Program-made: the position numbers and the translations under genes
The notes under the pieces: generated by a model
Database searches by the model: none
What the model saw: the letters and a program-made list of their open reading frames with translations, nothing else
What the model was told of the DNA's origin: nothing
Assembly (NCBI RefSeq): GCF_018977255.1
Contig: NW_024704743.1
Coordinates: forward strand, 54,748,001 to 54,812,000
Direction: 5' to 3'
DNA: 64,000 nucleotides
Source of the DNA: Callorhinchus milii
Lineage: Eukaryota
Shown: positions 1 through 13,354 of the stretch, piece after piece
Numbering within the stretch: position 1 is the stretch's first letter
Layout: the number at the start of each line of letters is the position of its first letter

Positions 1-238
1 TGGGTGGCGTGCATTTTGTGGAACTCTCAGTCAAGTTTGGATAATCTTAAGCATGATGATAGGTTTCCGTATATGTATCAGACACCCAGCTGACCAAAAA
101 ATGTTATCAAAATAAATATCAATGAAACCTATTATTTTGGAGAAGAGACAGATTTATACTCTTGTCTTCATATTTTCTGTTCGTAATTTGGGGAATCTTT
201 TCCCACTGAAACTTGTTTTTAATTTAATTCTGATACAG

Positions 239-2301
239 ATAACAGTTATCAAGAAATTTCAAATGGACAAGAGACTGATCTGCTAAAAGACTGGAATGAA
301 ATGTTATTTCAGCCTCCCAAACCTGTGGGTTCTGGGAGTACAAATCCATTTTGGAATGGTCTGTCTGGATCTAATCCATTTTTAGATGACATTGTCAATG
401 CAAGTAACAGAAAGAAAACAGACTCAGTGTTTGAATTCATAAAAGACCAACAACAACTGTTCAATACTCCAAAACCTACTGAGTCGGTTGCTTCTTCGAC
501 TGATGAATTGGACATCGACCATTTGATTCACATTGGAAAACCTTTTGCAAAAAAGCATGGACGGTGGAAAAGTGCTTCAGACATTTTAGATTTTTCAAAC
601 AAAGAAGAAGGTGTTACTCAGAATAACCGCCCCGTGAGTCAGTTTTTGGTTCCAAATTTGGACTCGCTTCAAAATGACAGAGAAGCTCACAAAATAGCAT
701 GGTTGAACCATAGGCAACTTACCAGATCCTGCCTTGATTTGGACATGAGCCAAAGCCCTGGCTGGGGACAGACCCAGGCTACTGAAACTCAAATTGTCTG
801 TAAACTGGACCATAACGGGGGATGTCTTCAGTTGCCTGAATCTGACATAAGTATTCATGTACCTGAAGGTCATGTTGCACCAGGTGAAATCCAAGAAGTT
901 GCTGCAAAGATTGTGCTTGACCCACCACAGGAACTCAATGATTATTTGTGCACAACAATTAGTCCATTGCTGGAACTAAAATTGAGCAACTTCAACACAA
1001 AAGAATTCATTTCTTTGGAAATGAAGGTTACAGCTCAAGTGAAAAATGACCCTTTGAGTCAAATTATGACCGAAATTGTGTGTTTTTGTAGCGATAATAA
1101 AGAGGGTCCTTTTGAGAAGTTGCACAGCATTTATGTGTATAAAAATATCATACAAGTAAAGCTTGAACATTTGAACCCTTCTATGTATATTGTAGCAGCA
1201 GCTGAAGCTAAGCACATTCAGCTTCCAGCATTGACGGTGTGGGACTACATTGACAAAATGGTCACTATTGGAATTTACGGGCCCAAGCACATCCACCCAA
1301 CCTTTACTGCTGTGTGCACAGTCTTTGGGCACAATCAAGTTCCACTGAAACTTTCAGTCACAGATGTTAAAAAGAACAGGAGCTTGCCGCCAGTTGTTCT
1401 TCAGCTATGGGGGAAGCATGAGTTTCATTTACAGAGGCCGCAAAAATTGGAAATTTCAATTGTCCCCACGGACGCAACGTATGAGATACAGAAAGATGAC
1501 CAGTACAAGTACATTAAGGAGGCATCGCTGAAAATGGGTAGGACAGTTCACCAGCAATTTCCTTTGTCCACATCCAGATTGGGAGAAGTTGATCCTTTTG
1601 AACTCCAGATTCAGATTACGGGAACTGACCAAAGTGTGGTATCCCATTTCACTGTGCTAACACCCTTGCCAACTGTAAAGTCAAATGTGAAAAGACGTTT
1701 CCAGAAACGCAAGGAGCAGTTAACTGCTAGTCCTTCACCCGAACCATCTACTATCAAGTACCCTCAGTTTCAAGAGAGAAACGTAAATATTCTGAGCTAT
1801 GGAGTATCATTGAAAACTGTGCTGAGGCAGCCTAAGATTGAGTATTTATTGGAGTATTTCAAGGGCGACACTATTGCCCTTCTTGGATTAGACAAAGTCA
1901 AAGTAGTAGGTCAAACAAAGATCAAGGAGTGGTATGTTGGCTTCTTGCGAGGAAAAATCGGTCTTGTGCACTGCAAAAATATCAAAGTGATTTCCAAGGA
2001 TCAAGTCATAAACTTTTCAGATGTAACCATTACAACCAAGCTGCTGCTTGAACAAATTACCCTTCCTTTCAAAAAGCTAACTTACATGTATTCATCCATC
2101 CGTACCATTGTGACAGAGAATGTTGTCAGTTGGAAGGCGTTTGCTGAAGTCGTTGGATACTCCAGTCTATCACTGGATGATTTTTGTAGGACAAATGTTG
2201 ACAGTGAATTGGAGAGAGTTGCAAGTGTATTAGAGAAGTTGAAAGAAGACTGCCATGCTAGTGACAAGGTAAAGAAGAAATTCCAGCATGAGATTATTAC
2301 G
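239..2301 (+). CDS. MACC1: MACC1 large internal coding exon (NPF motifs, ZU5/UPA, SH3, start of death-domain region)
   Basis: ORF 301-2322 matches MACC1 as I recall it: NPFWNGLSGSNPFLDDI, WLNHRQLTRSCLDL, SPGWGQTQ, IGIYGPKHIHP, LEYFKGDTIALLG, KEWYVGFLRGKIGLVHCKN. The frame is open upstream of the ATG to the acceptor tgatacag|AT (exon starts 239, phase 1). Donor ACG|gtaagt follows 2301 (phase 0). The start codon lies upstream of the window. Confidence 0.95.
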
Positions 2302-3254
2302 GTAAGTAATTTTATGTGTTGATGGAGGAATTATTTTCTCGCTCAGTCAAAGAGAGATCCTATTGATAAGAACCTTCTAAAATTTAAATTGAATTACTCT
2401 GATTAATTCCCCAACACCATTTTCTGTAGTTTTGTATAAAAAACTCTAAATAACGTCTGAAGTTTATTGTATTTTTGTTGCCAAAGTAAAACTTGCTTAT
2501 GATTGGCTATTTTTTAATTCATAAGAGCACTTGCCAGAAAAAGTTTTGCAGCATGTCCTGGGTGTAAATTGTTTGCTCATCAACTGCAGATTATTTCTTC
2601 CAAAATTTGTATCACAGTCATGAATCGTGTCTTGTAGATGTCTTCAGGGGTCACGTGAGACGAGGCCTGTTAGCATCATGCACTTACCAGTCAATGTTGG
2701 CACAAAGCTGACAAAAAAACAGAACAAAACTCTGAAATAAAATTTAAATGTCAATAGTTTTAAATGCTGGAAGTGATTTCATGGGAGTAAGTAGCCAAGG
2801 ATTTCAGATGACATCTTAAATCATGACCACAAAGCTCTTTGTGGTTTAAAATCAACATCTAAATCGTTGTAATCATTCTCTGATTTCCATCATTCTTTGT
2901 ACCTGCTTGAATTTTTAATATGCATTCGAGTCAGTAAATTGATTTATTTGACTTCACAGAAAAATAATCTTGAATAGAACTAAAACTAGAGAAAAATAAT
3001 TTATGATGCCTTAATCTCCAAGATTTTGCTGGTGTCTTGAGTATTATAGCCATATCATTGTTTCATTCTCTATTTAGTTATTAATCTTGCTTTAATTATC
3101 AGCAAACTGTAAGTAAAACTAGAACCACAGTAGATCATTTTTATAATGCACTTCATTATAATGTGGATTTGCTTATAGCACAATGGGTGAGGGGTGTGGA
3201 TTCCAACATTTACTCACCACAAAATCCAAAATGCCATCTATAGTAGATGGTAGG

Positions 3255-3962
3255 AACCTAAGAGGAATAGAAGAACAAAGCAATCTGGGGATTCAGATCC
3301 ACAAATCTCTATAAGTAACTACACAGGTAGATAAGGCTATTAAAAGGGCCAATGGGGTCTTGGGCTTTATATCCAGAGGGATAGAATATAAAAGTGAGGA
3401 GGTGATGTTGAATTAATGCAAAACCTTGGTTAGACCACATTTGGAGTATTGTGTTCAGTTCCGTTCTCCATACTATAAAAAGGACATAGCAATGATGGAA
3501 AGAGTATAGCTTAGGTTTACGAGGATGATACCAGGGCTGGCAAGTTACTGCTATCAGGATAGACTGGATAGGTTAGGCTGTTTTTTTTTTGCAAGAGAAG
3601 AGATGTTTAAGGGACCTAATAGATGTTTAAAATTATAAAAGGGTTCAATAAAGTTAATGTGAGTATGTTTCCACTGGTTGGGGAATCCGTAACCCGGAAA
3701 CACAAATATACAACAGTTATTAGGGAATCTAAAAGAGAACTTAGGAGGAATTGCTTCGCACAAAGGATATTGAGATTGTGGAACTCGATGCCTGAAGCAG
3801 TGGTTGTTTCAGTTAGTACAGCTGCATTCAAGAGAAAGCTAGACCTTTACATGCGGGAGAGGGCAATATAAGGGTATGAGAGGGGGTAAGAATGGGTGAA
3901 GACTCGTGTGGAGTATAAACACCAGCATGGACTAGTCGGGATGAGTGGCCTATTTCCATGTT
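3255..3962 (+). mobile_element. CR1-clade LINE 3' fragment in a MACC1 intron
   Basis: Degenerate ORF2 C-terminus (LVRPHLEYCVQF.SP; MFKIIKGF...RLWNSMPEAVV...FKRKLDLYM) with stops and frameshifts, followed by a CR1-like 3' end. Confidence 0.85.
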
Positions 3963-6900
3963 GTTTGTGGGAAAAAAAGGATGACTTCAAGTCATCAAAG
4001 ATAACCCAGAAATGTGCCGATGTTAGCTTGAAAAAGCTGTCTGGTGTTTGAAGCAAGCCAGCTACTTTCTGTATGTAAGTGAAGTGAATGCAGAAGCACG
4101 GAAGTGTTTTTTGTGGCCCATTATTACGCTGGTTGTGACTTTATGGGCCCCCGACTACCACGGTATAAAGGTGTGTAAGGTTTGCCAGAAAGAGACTTTA
4201 CCTAATACAGGTGGTGTGAACTACAGATCTTTTATTACATACAATTCAAAAGCTAATGCTTTAACACATACAATTATCGTATTGTTGATACATTAAAGCA
4301 GTAAGAATCAACAAAAACGATATTACCCGAATTCATTGGGGAAGTCGCTGATCACCAGCAGTTCACAACTGTTCCTCCTACGATAATCCCAACTATTTCA
4401 AAGTTGCATCTTTTATGTGTTTCTAACTCCATCTCCCCTTGTCACAGAGATAGCCCCATCCTTCGCAGGCTGCTAGCGACCTTGAGCAGGCTGCTTTGCA
4501 GAGAGAGACGGACAGCCTTTTTTTGGGAGGATTCTCATATCTCCCTGTTTCTTAGTCATAATAATAAAATATAATCTGCAGAATTATTATAGAGAACATC
4601 TTTAACCCACACGTGAATTTCTTATAGGAAAACCTATTCAACTACCTAATCGTTAACACAATATTGAATTAAAATACGATTGTTATGGAACATGAATTTG
4701 TTATGGAGAACATCTTCAATAACCTTCAATATAACTTTACCTTTGCTACTGCTAGTTATTAAAAACACAAAACCTTGTACATGCCCCAGTAACTAAGGAA
4801 TGCTATACTAAAAATATTCAAAGTGTTTGGTTATATTCTAAAAGTATATTAATTTAAAAAAACTTAAACGTAAGCATCACAAATATAATCTTACAGGGGC
4901 TCTACTATTTAGACGTGTGGAAAAGCAAAATGCTTTCTCTTAGCTTGTGTTACAAATTGTAAATTCAGGATATAGTGATTTTATTTTGGGAGGAAAGGTG
5001 AATTTTACACTTTAATATGAAGGGTGTTTGCACTTGGAAGAGGATTGTATTTACATTTCTGTTTCACAGGATCAACATTAAGCATTCCCAAGTTGTGTGT
5101 GACATGTAACAGAAATCTTCTTCAACTCATTGCTGTCTTCTCTGATTGCACAGCTCCCATATGATTGGTAGTGTTTGCAAAATTAACATCCTGCGCTGAG
5201 TCTGGGAATCGTGTATATAGAAGAATCAGTCCTGACCCCTGAAGCATCTCACACAATACCTCCTTTCTTCGATTTCCCCCTATGCCTCCCCAGGCCCCAT
5301 CATTTTGACATAGCAATTCTAGCCAGTTTCCCTCTGCTTCCTTCCCTGTGGCCAGTTACTAATCAATATCTATGTCTTATCCCTGATACCTCATGACATC
5401 AGTTTGCGAAGGTGTTTCTCCCGTGGCATTTTGTCAGTCTTTGAAGTTGAGGTACACTATTTGATACGACTTCTGACTGTTAAATTGGCATATCATTTAA
5501 CCAAAAAAGCCAATGGTTTACAACTTTTAAGTCCAAGTCGGCTATCATTTATTCAGCTAGCTTTATACAGATAATATTCCATTGTGCTTCTCCTAGTTAA
5601 TTCCTTTAGGCTTTTTTCTCTTATGGAGCACTTTAAGACACTACCCGCTATGAGGCTGTCTAATGAGTGTCTAGTTGCCAGGTATGGCTCTGTCATCTTT
5701 CTTTAACTATAGAAACCACATTTTCTTGTTTCAAGTCTACTGGAACTTCCCCAGCATCAAGCAAATGTCTGTCAGAGCTTCACAAATCTTTTTGCCTCAT
5801 CTTTATAAGCATCTTGCAATACAGTTCATCTGTCCAGAGAGATTAATTGGTTCCAGGCCTTTGAGACAATCTACAATCTCAGCCTCAGTCATGTGTTGCT
5901 TTCCTGTTTGCGTGGTATTGTTTCAGCTGTTTCCATCCTGCAAGTTGTAAGAGTTACTTTCCTGGGTTTTTTTTTTGCACCATCTCAATCAATTTCCATT
6001 TGTAAGAATATTGTCATCTTGTAAGAATGGGGCCTTATTTACTTGGAGACTCACTGGCTGTAAGAACGTTGCTTTTTATAAGTGTCAGAGTACGTGAACA
6101 AAGGTATAAGACTGGGTTTTTGAGATAAAGTGCCTTTATGTATTACGATTAGGACTTAATTTAAGGCTTTGGAGTGTTATCAAGCTGAATGCTTGTGGCC
6201 ACCTAATATTTTTAATTTGTTTTGAGTCGTACGTATTTTAATTTGTTGACATAAACGAGGTACTGGTTTTGTCCTCCTGACTCGAAAATCCCTGACTCTA
6301 GTCACTGGGGAAATTGGGTATAAAATACCAGCTCCATGATAGATATTAAAAGTTCTAAAGGTCGGTGAGACTTCACAAAGTTATTTCCATCTGGTGGGAA
6401 AAGGACAAGGGACAATTGGCGGTGGAAGTCTACAATCTACCTCTTAGGACACAGGCACTCAGTTACCTCTAGATGGGATAAAATTGGTGCAATAAGGCCT
6501 TAAGTGAAGAAACATTTTGCCATCTTGTTTTAGTTATTAGCAGTTGTGGTTATGCATCATGTATCAGTTTACTACAATTTGTCTTGTATTGTGAGGAACC
6601 TCAAACAAGATATTAAAGATGATTTGTGTGAGAAATGAAAAGCGCATTATAATTCTTATGGAACCTTGTTGGGGCAACAAAAAATGAATTGATGCTTTAG
6701 GTCTGATAATGTTATGGCTGACCTGGGAGTTTTCAATTGTAATATCGGGTGTTAAAAGTGTTCCATTCATTATGTACCGGTATACCTCATCTCGAAGACT
6801 ACATTGATTGCTCAAACTGTCAAATTAAATTGGTGTAAAAGTCCTGATCTAAAGAAGTGAATAGATGTATCTGCAAAAGCATATTGGCCATTATACAAAA

Positions 6901-7169
6901 TGTTCACATAAGTGTAATCTGAAACCACTATACATTGATGATGTAATAAAACAAACCTTTCCAAATAATGAATGTCAGAATAGTTTGTCCTGACCCATCT
7001 CTAGTTAAATACATATTTTCTTAATTGAATTGCACGTCTATTCAGTTTGAGGTGCTCTCCAATACTGATATTGAACCCTGAAGAAAATGTTTCTGTATTG
7101 TGCTTTAACTTTTATTCTGTTAACCTTACAACCATGTTTTTAAAAAAATGATGCTCTATTGCGTTGAAG

Positions 7170-7358
7170 GGTCTGTTAAAGCTGGATTGTCAAGGACCAA
7201 TAACACGACTTATCCAAGATGTAGTTATGCTTTCAGTAGCTGTGGAACTTGGAATTCGTTGGAGAGAGTTGGCAGAAAAAATGTCCATGCTCTCGAAGCA
7301 GCAGATCGATGCCTATGAAGTGCCTCACAGAAATAAATATGGTGAAATCAGTGAGGAG
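7170..7358 (+). CDS. MACC1: MACC1 penultimate coding exon (189 nt, death-domain region)
   Basis: Acceptor ttgaag|GGT and donor GAG|gtaaga, phase 0/0. Encodes GLLKLDCQGPITRLIQDVVMLSVAVELGIRWRELAEK...YEVPHRNKYGEISEE, continuing in frame from the previous exon. Confidence 0.93.
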
Positions 7359-8548
7359 GTAAGAATTTGCTAATGTAGGATAAAGTGTAGAATGATGAAA
7401 AGCCAATCAGGACATTAAACCCATTCCTCCATTGTCATACAAACTCTAATGGATCATGGATTTCATCCTACTTACTCTATCTTGTGGAGGAAAGTATTGT
7501 GTAGATACTCCTTGAATCTCAAAGATAATCAAGAAAAAAGCCCACATTATTTATCCATCTCCATTTATCAATCCTGGCTCCCTTCCATCCATGAACAGGA
7601 ATATAGGAACTTAGGGATGCACAAAATAGCATCTGGCAGCTTTAAAGAGTCAAACTGCTCTATATTTCACACCACTTGAATGAATTCTTCCCCAAATAGT
7701 TATCTAATTTCCTCTTGAATTTGCTGACAATCTATCTCTACCTCCCTAGGTATTCTACATAGTCCATACATATCACTACACTAATAGAATCTAAACTGTA
7801 TTTGTTTTCCTTTTTCTGATCTTAATTCCATGGCCCCTTGTTCTGGATTTGTTGACAATAATAGGCATATACTTTGTTGCTTGTTCTCCATCCCTTGAAT
7901 GATATATTCCCAAGATCTTGTTCACTTTCTTTACATCCCACTCCGCTACCTGCCCCATTTGCTCTGCTGGCTCTGCTCACTTCTCTCTCCCAGCTCGATG
8001 TCAAGCTCTGCCATGGTTAAGCACTCCAAGATACTACCTTGTTTCTTGTTTATTGCCCCTACATACTGTGATGATAGTTTCAGAGATATACCTAGTACCC
8101 CTTTTGTGAACAAATGTTCATATACCCAGGGCTTGGAATCCACTTTGATTGGTATACAGTGAAGTAAGCAACTGCTGCTCAAGCCTGCTCTTCCCTATAT
8201 TTCTTCCTTTCCGGGCAAAAAAAACTGGGTTGAAATGATGCTCATCAGGAAAACAATAGGGTAAAAAATGTTGCACACTAGAAAAATGGCTCAGCATGTA
8301 AAATGTCTCCTCCAGGGAACCTCACATATTGACCAATGTGAACTCTACTCTGTAGATTGAGTTTGGGACAAATGCCCATTTAAGCTGAATCAAATCAGCA
8401 CCTATCCAATTCAATGGAGTTAATCTAAGCAACATCAATTGCTTGCGCTGTTAATCCATTAGATATTGTTGGAATTCGAATTTGAGATTGTGTGGCTATC
8501 TTTGTGTTTAGAATTCTGTACATTCACACCTTATTTTGTTCTTTGCAG

Positions 8549-8758
8549 ACCATGTGGAAACCAGCATATGACTTTCTGTATGCGTGGAGCATGCAGTTTG
8601 GAGATGGTTATCGGGATGTCCTGCAAGAACTGCAAAATGCACTGGACAAGATGAAAAACCCCATCACAAGGCATTGGAGACATCTCACAGGAGTTCTTAT
8701 TTTAGTGAATTGTATGGAAATACTAAGAGCTTCTGCATTCTGCAAGCATGAAGAATGA
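8549..8758 (+). CDS. MACC1: MACC1 last coding exon
   Basis: Acceptor ttttgttctttgcag|ACC. Encodes [14 protein letters not shown]...[34 protein letters not shown]...EE followed by TGA, the conserved MACC1/SH3BP4-family C-terminus. Confidence 0.95.
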   Translation, partial: TMWKPAYDFLYAWSMQFGDGYRDVLQELQNALDKMKNPITRHWRHLTGVLILVNCMEILRASAFCKHEE

Positions 8759-8996
8759 GACCGGAGTAGATTTGTCAATATTGAAACACAATGGAGAATG
8801 CAATATTCAGCAGAATTAAGTATTGATGGAGACAGAAATATTTTGGAAAAGCACAATTGTCTTTGGAAAAGTAAAGGGTAAACTACTAAGCATCAAGATG
8901 CCACTGTTTTTTGACAACAAGTTGAGACTGTTTGAGAGCAACTTCCAAGATTTGAGTTTGTTTTAAATGGATTTGCCTCAAAACTTGCTGCATGAA

Positions 8997-9002
8997 AATA
9001 AA
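8997..9002 (+). terminator. Candidate proximal polyadenylation signal of MACC1
   Basis: AATAAA about 240 nt after the stop codon; motif evidence only. Confidence 0.3.
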
Positions 9003-11278
9003 TTTGTGAATCAGTGTTTCATCTTCATATGAGTACATTTAACACAAAAAAAGTTTTAGATGCGGGTGATTTAAGAATACTTCAATTTTCCTTCCTGGCA
9101 TATTTCCTATTTGGCTCTCTTTTGCATGTCTAAAGATGTTGATCATTGTTCCAGTTAAATGTTTTCTTTCGCAGATGATAACTAAAGTGATATAATGATG
9201 GCACTAGGTTTAATTATTTCCAGTGCCCTGGGATAGTTCGATAGAGTAATGGTCACAAAGGAATTTCATAATGGGGTCGAGTTATTACTTCCTTGAAGTT
9301 GTTTTTCTTATCCTGGCGTCGCTTCAATCTGTGCTCTTAATGTTTGTGTAAAATATTTGCTTCAAGCATAGCCAAAAATGTTTTAATACAACTTTTAATT
9401 CTAAAAGAAAAATGGTTGTTTATGTCATTGTGGGGATAATGCTTTAATCTGGTAAAAGTAGACTACAGTTATGAATTTTAAAGTGAAAAATCATTCTTCT
9501 GCCCTTTACCAGGTTATCCTAGCAGTTAATCTGATAGTTTAACATATTCAGGTTAAAGTTGCATTGTATTGCAAAATGCCATCTGCCATGGAGGGTGCTA
9601 TATAAATCCAAGTTGTTGTATTGTTCATTACCATTAGCTTTGGTACGTCCTGCAATGAACGTGGCATTAGTCTGCCAGTGTCTTGGGAGACAGCAGTGAA
9701 AGAGGGTCTCATACAAAGTCACTCATTGTAAGCAGTCAAGCAATAGCCTCCACAAGATCTCACCAGTCTGACAGGTCCCAGAGTTATCTTTCCATTGACA
9801 GTTTTCCATTTGGGTTTTCTTGTTCACAATTGCTCAGAAATTGTATACCCGAGAATGAAGGTTGCAATAAGGAGGATTTTTAGCTCTAAATGAAGTTGTT
9901 CTATGCAAAAACAGTTATACATTTAGAAGATGTAAATAATCTAAGACCACTCTCTTTTTACTCTACTTAATCTGCTTTGATACATGACCAGTGTGGAATG
10001 TTACATTTCATGTTGCATGAAATCAAATCATATTGGAAATGTAGTGTTCCTATTTAATGTAAGAGATATGAATTAAGAACAAGGACAATGGTTTAAAGTT
10101 AAGGATATGCCATAATTTAATAAAATGGTGGAGCAGCCTTGACCGACCAATTGGTCTACTCCTCTTTCTATTTAAAAACAATCCCTGCCCCATTGACTGG
10201 TCTGTCTTCTCAAATCCTGCTGATGAGCAGTTTGGCTGAGCTGTCATCAACAGTGCCTTTGAGTACTGCGGACCTGTCTGGCTCAGGAACTGGACTACCA
10301 AGACCAGCACAGAGGGCAGGCTTGATTCTGACATTTGGTTTGAAACATGTCACCTTGGAGCCAGTTCAACTCCAAGGAGACCCTGCTTACCTGCACCAAG
10401 TCCCCATCTCCCCATCACTGGTTGGTCCCTTGACATCCAACAAATGTTTTTCTATAATACAGTGATATACAGTATGTGTATACAACTTGAATGCATAGAG
10501 GAACTGAATTCAAATAGCAGCACATATAAACCTTTTCATTAAAGGAGCATTGAGGAATATTCCTTTCCCCGCTCCATTTCCTTATCATTCCCTAGTGTAG
10601 AGGGCTACCAGGCAACCTGCTGTGGATTCGCTTCTCTGTAATTGTGAGCTAGGTAAGAATGGCTTGGAAGTGCTACACTATCACTTTATTTCCTTACTCT
10701 TCTCTCTTTGGGAAAGCACTCAATTTCCACCTGAAAAACTTGTTCAATAATAGGGTTAAATCTGTGCCATAAAACTCCTTTTCATTATTATGTAATAAGT
10801 CTCCAGTGTGGTGTGGAGCCCAGTCTTGCTCTAGTGTGCCCATTTTTCCCTTCCAGCCACAGATAGTGTAGCTTGTTTTGTTTAAAAAGTTCTAATTCTT
10901 TTAAGTTCTTCTAAATGAAACCTAAGATACTTTTAAGATCAGACATGTCCTGAAATATTTTAGTGAACATTGGTTCAACAAAAAGTTGCTTTATTATTTT
11001 TTACAAAGCCTGTACAGAACTAAGGCAGGAACTTTTCTACTTTGGAAATAAATGTGATAAAATGCCACAGTTCAAAACTAGCAGGTACTTAATTTCTGAT
11101 AGTTTTACAATTTATCTTTTTCAGAAATCTGTTCCTAGCTATTACCTGAATTAAGAAGGTTAAAAGGATTCACTGGTATGTTATCAAATTCATGTGTATC
11201 ATGTTATCAATGTATTGGAATATATTTTGTATCTGCTAAAGAACTGGCTGAAAAGCTTACTCAATGTAGGTAGCGCAA

Positions 11279-11335
11279 AATAAATTTTGATTTTAATGTT
11301 TGTCTCTTCACATTTTTTTGGTTTTGTTTTCTATG
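11279..11335 (+). terminator. Candidate distal polyadenylation signal of MACC1
   Basis: AATAAA at 11279-11284, preceded by TGTA motifs and followed by a strongly T/GT-rich downstream element (tttgtctcttcacatttttttggttttgttttc). Confidence 0.45.
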
Positions 11336-11639
11336 TACAATTCTGCCTGTTGTTAATGGGTAAGAGGTTTACACACTCAAGTTGTGTCTCTGTTGCTTGC
11401 CAACAAATTTAATCATTGGTCCTGACATTACATGTTATTTGTGCAGCACTTTGAGATGTTGTACCATGAAGCAATCCGGTGCTTAAAAAATGTTCAGGTT
11501 CTTTAATTGCTTAAAATGCCTAGGTTCTGTCCTAGTTTCTCAGACATTTATGCATTTGACTTCCTCCTGAGTTTGTATCCAGACATGCCCCTTCTTGTAG
11601 AGTTTGTGAGCATGTTAAACATATTAAAATTATTAAACA

Positions 11640-11910
11640 CATCTCTGTTTACCTAGCAGTAAATAGGAACCTGGTTGTTAGTTGAGTGGTGGATCACTTT
11701 TTCAGGTGTAATAATCCCATCAAAAAAAGATTTAAAAAATTGGTTACTTCAATCCACGACTGTTCGTGGAACACTGCTTTGTGCAATTGGCTGCCGCGTT
11801 GCACCCACAAAATATGCAGTCAATTCACTTTACAGTCTATTCTGTGATGCGCTTTGATACGCCTTGAAGACCTGATAAGGTGCTATATCAAATGCAAGGA
11901 TTATTATATT
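11640..11910 (+). mobile_element. 5'-truncated SINE (CORE-like + Deu-like body + L2-type tail)
   Basis: ctctgtttacctagcagtaaatagg, then gtgcaattggctgccgcgtt...gcgctttga...gtgctatatcaaatgcaaggattatta, as in the full copy at 44318. Confidence 0.75.
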
Positions 11911-11949
11911 TAAATCTCTGCATTTGATGTAATGCCTACATACTAAATC

Positions 11950-12295
11950 ACAAGAATGGTTTGGATGAAAGCCTTTTGGTCTACCCGATTTCATTCCTCC
12001 GGAATACCAACCTACTGCCCTCCCACCACAGCATCAAGCTGCTTTTTAAATGAGCCAAGCATCCTAGCCTCATTGCTCCAGGTAACTTGTATCAGTCGTT
12101 AATTACTCTCCGGATAAAGAAAAACTTCCTGATATTTGTCCTGAAATTACCTTTGCAAAGCTAATCTATGTCCTTTTGTTCTACTGCTTTGTTGCGTCTG
12201 GAAATATTGTTGTAGGTTTATTTTTTCAATCCCATTTAAAATTGTATACATCTCTATAGGGTTTCCTCCAATACATCCCCTTTCCAGACTGAAGA
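11950..12295 (-). mobile_element. Decayed CR1-like LINE 3' fragment
   Basis: Resembles the minus-strand CR1 3' ends at 28289, 51775 and 61298 (ttactctccggataaagaaaaacttcctg). Confidence 0.55.
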
Positions 12296-13354
12296 GCGCT
12301 CAGAGATGCCGCCTGGTGTGAAGGACACTATATAAATGAAAGTTGTTGTTGAAGAGCCCTACAAAAATAGGTGTACGGAACTCAGTATCTATTTTCACAA
12401 AATAAGTTGTCCATTCCCCCACCCCCCACCCAAATACTGTTACTTTCGAATAACTTCATTGATCGAGAATTGCATGGAATTTCTAGACTAAAAATCTGTA
12501 GTGAGAAACAACATTGCATTTTCACCATCCTCTGAAAACCTTCCATATTGACCAGCTCTGTTCTTTTTGTGGATTCTACTAGCTTCAACTACTGGGCTCC
12601 TCCTTCAGTTCCTCACTGGCTCAGTGGTTGATTCCAGCTTTCTCCAAGGTAGGTTTCTTGACATCTTGAAACTGTTTCCTGATCAATTATCAGACTCTTG
12701 TAACTTGTACTCAAACAATATGGTCCTGATTTGTGGCTTTAGGAGATTGATGCCTATATTAGGCATCTCCTAACCATAGCTTCCTCCAAAACGGAGACCA
12801 TTTCCAGTTGTGTGAATATTTGCCTTCCTGCTGCTTTTGGTAAACAAATACTATACAACTTTCTGATAAGTTTGGCATTCATATAACTGCATGATGACTT
12901 ACAGTGGTCAGGTCTTCATTTCCTGCTTGTTCAGATGCTTAACTGAGATAGACTAGATGTGTTATCTGGACATCAGCAGTAATTTAAGACACAGTGACTC
13001 ATTATTAAAAGCTCTGTGGTAAACATACGGGGGTAAACCATTCAAAAATAGGAGCCATCAAAATAGTTTTTCAATGTCAAAACTACAGTAGTTACAATTT
13101 ACTGTTATAGTTATTCACTAATTGAAATGAAAATCCAACAATGTAACAAATTAAGGAAGAGCCATTCGGCAGATTATGACTTAAAAATCCAGAAAATTTA
13201 AGCAGTGAAGTCCACCCACATGGAATATTCACATAGAATCACAGAAATACCAGCAAAGCAGAGGGTCATATTGTGCCTCTTCCATTCCTCATCTCCCGTT
13301 GTAACCATTAGAAAGGAGGTGTAAAATGGGATGGCTCAAAAACTACAATACAAT

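Noticed and set aside
301..2322. Single-exon 673-aa gene, or an SH3BP4 assignment
   Set aside because: The frame is open upstream to an acceptor at 238/239 and the last residues (VSNFMC) are intron read-through. The N-terminal NPFW/NPFLDDI/DELD region and the SH3 sequence fit MACC1 better than its paralogue as I recall them.
2826..2845. Perfect hairpin ACCACAAAG-CT-CTTTGTGGT (similar short ones near 3235 and 42260)
   Set aside because: Isolated short palindromes are expected by chance in 64 kb and have no supporting context.
10218..10250. Hammerhead-like CTGATGAG
   Set aside because: No GAAA core follows a stem II.
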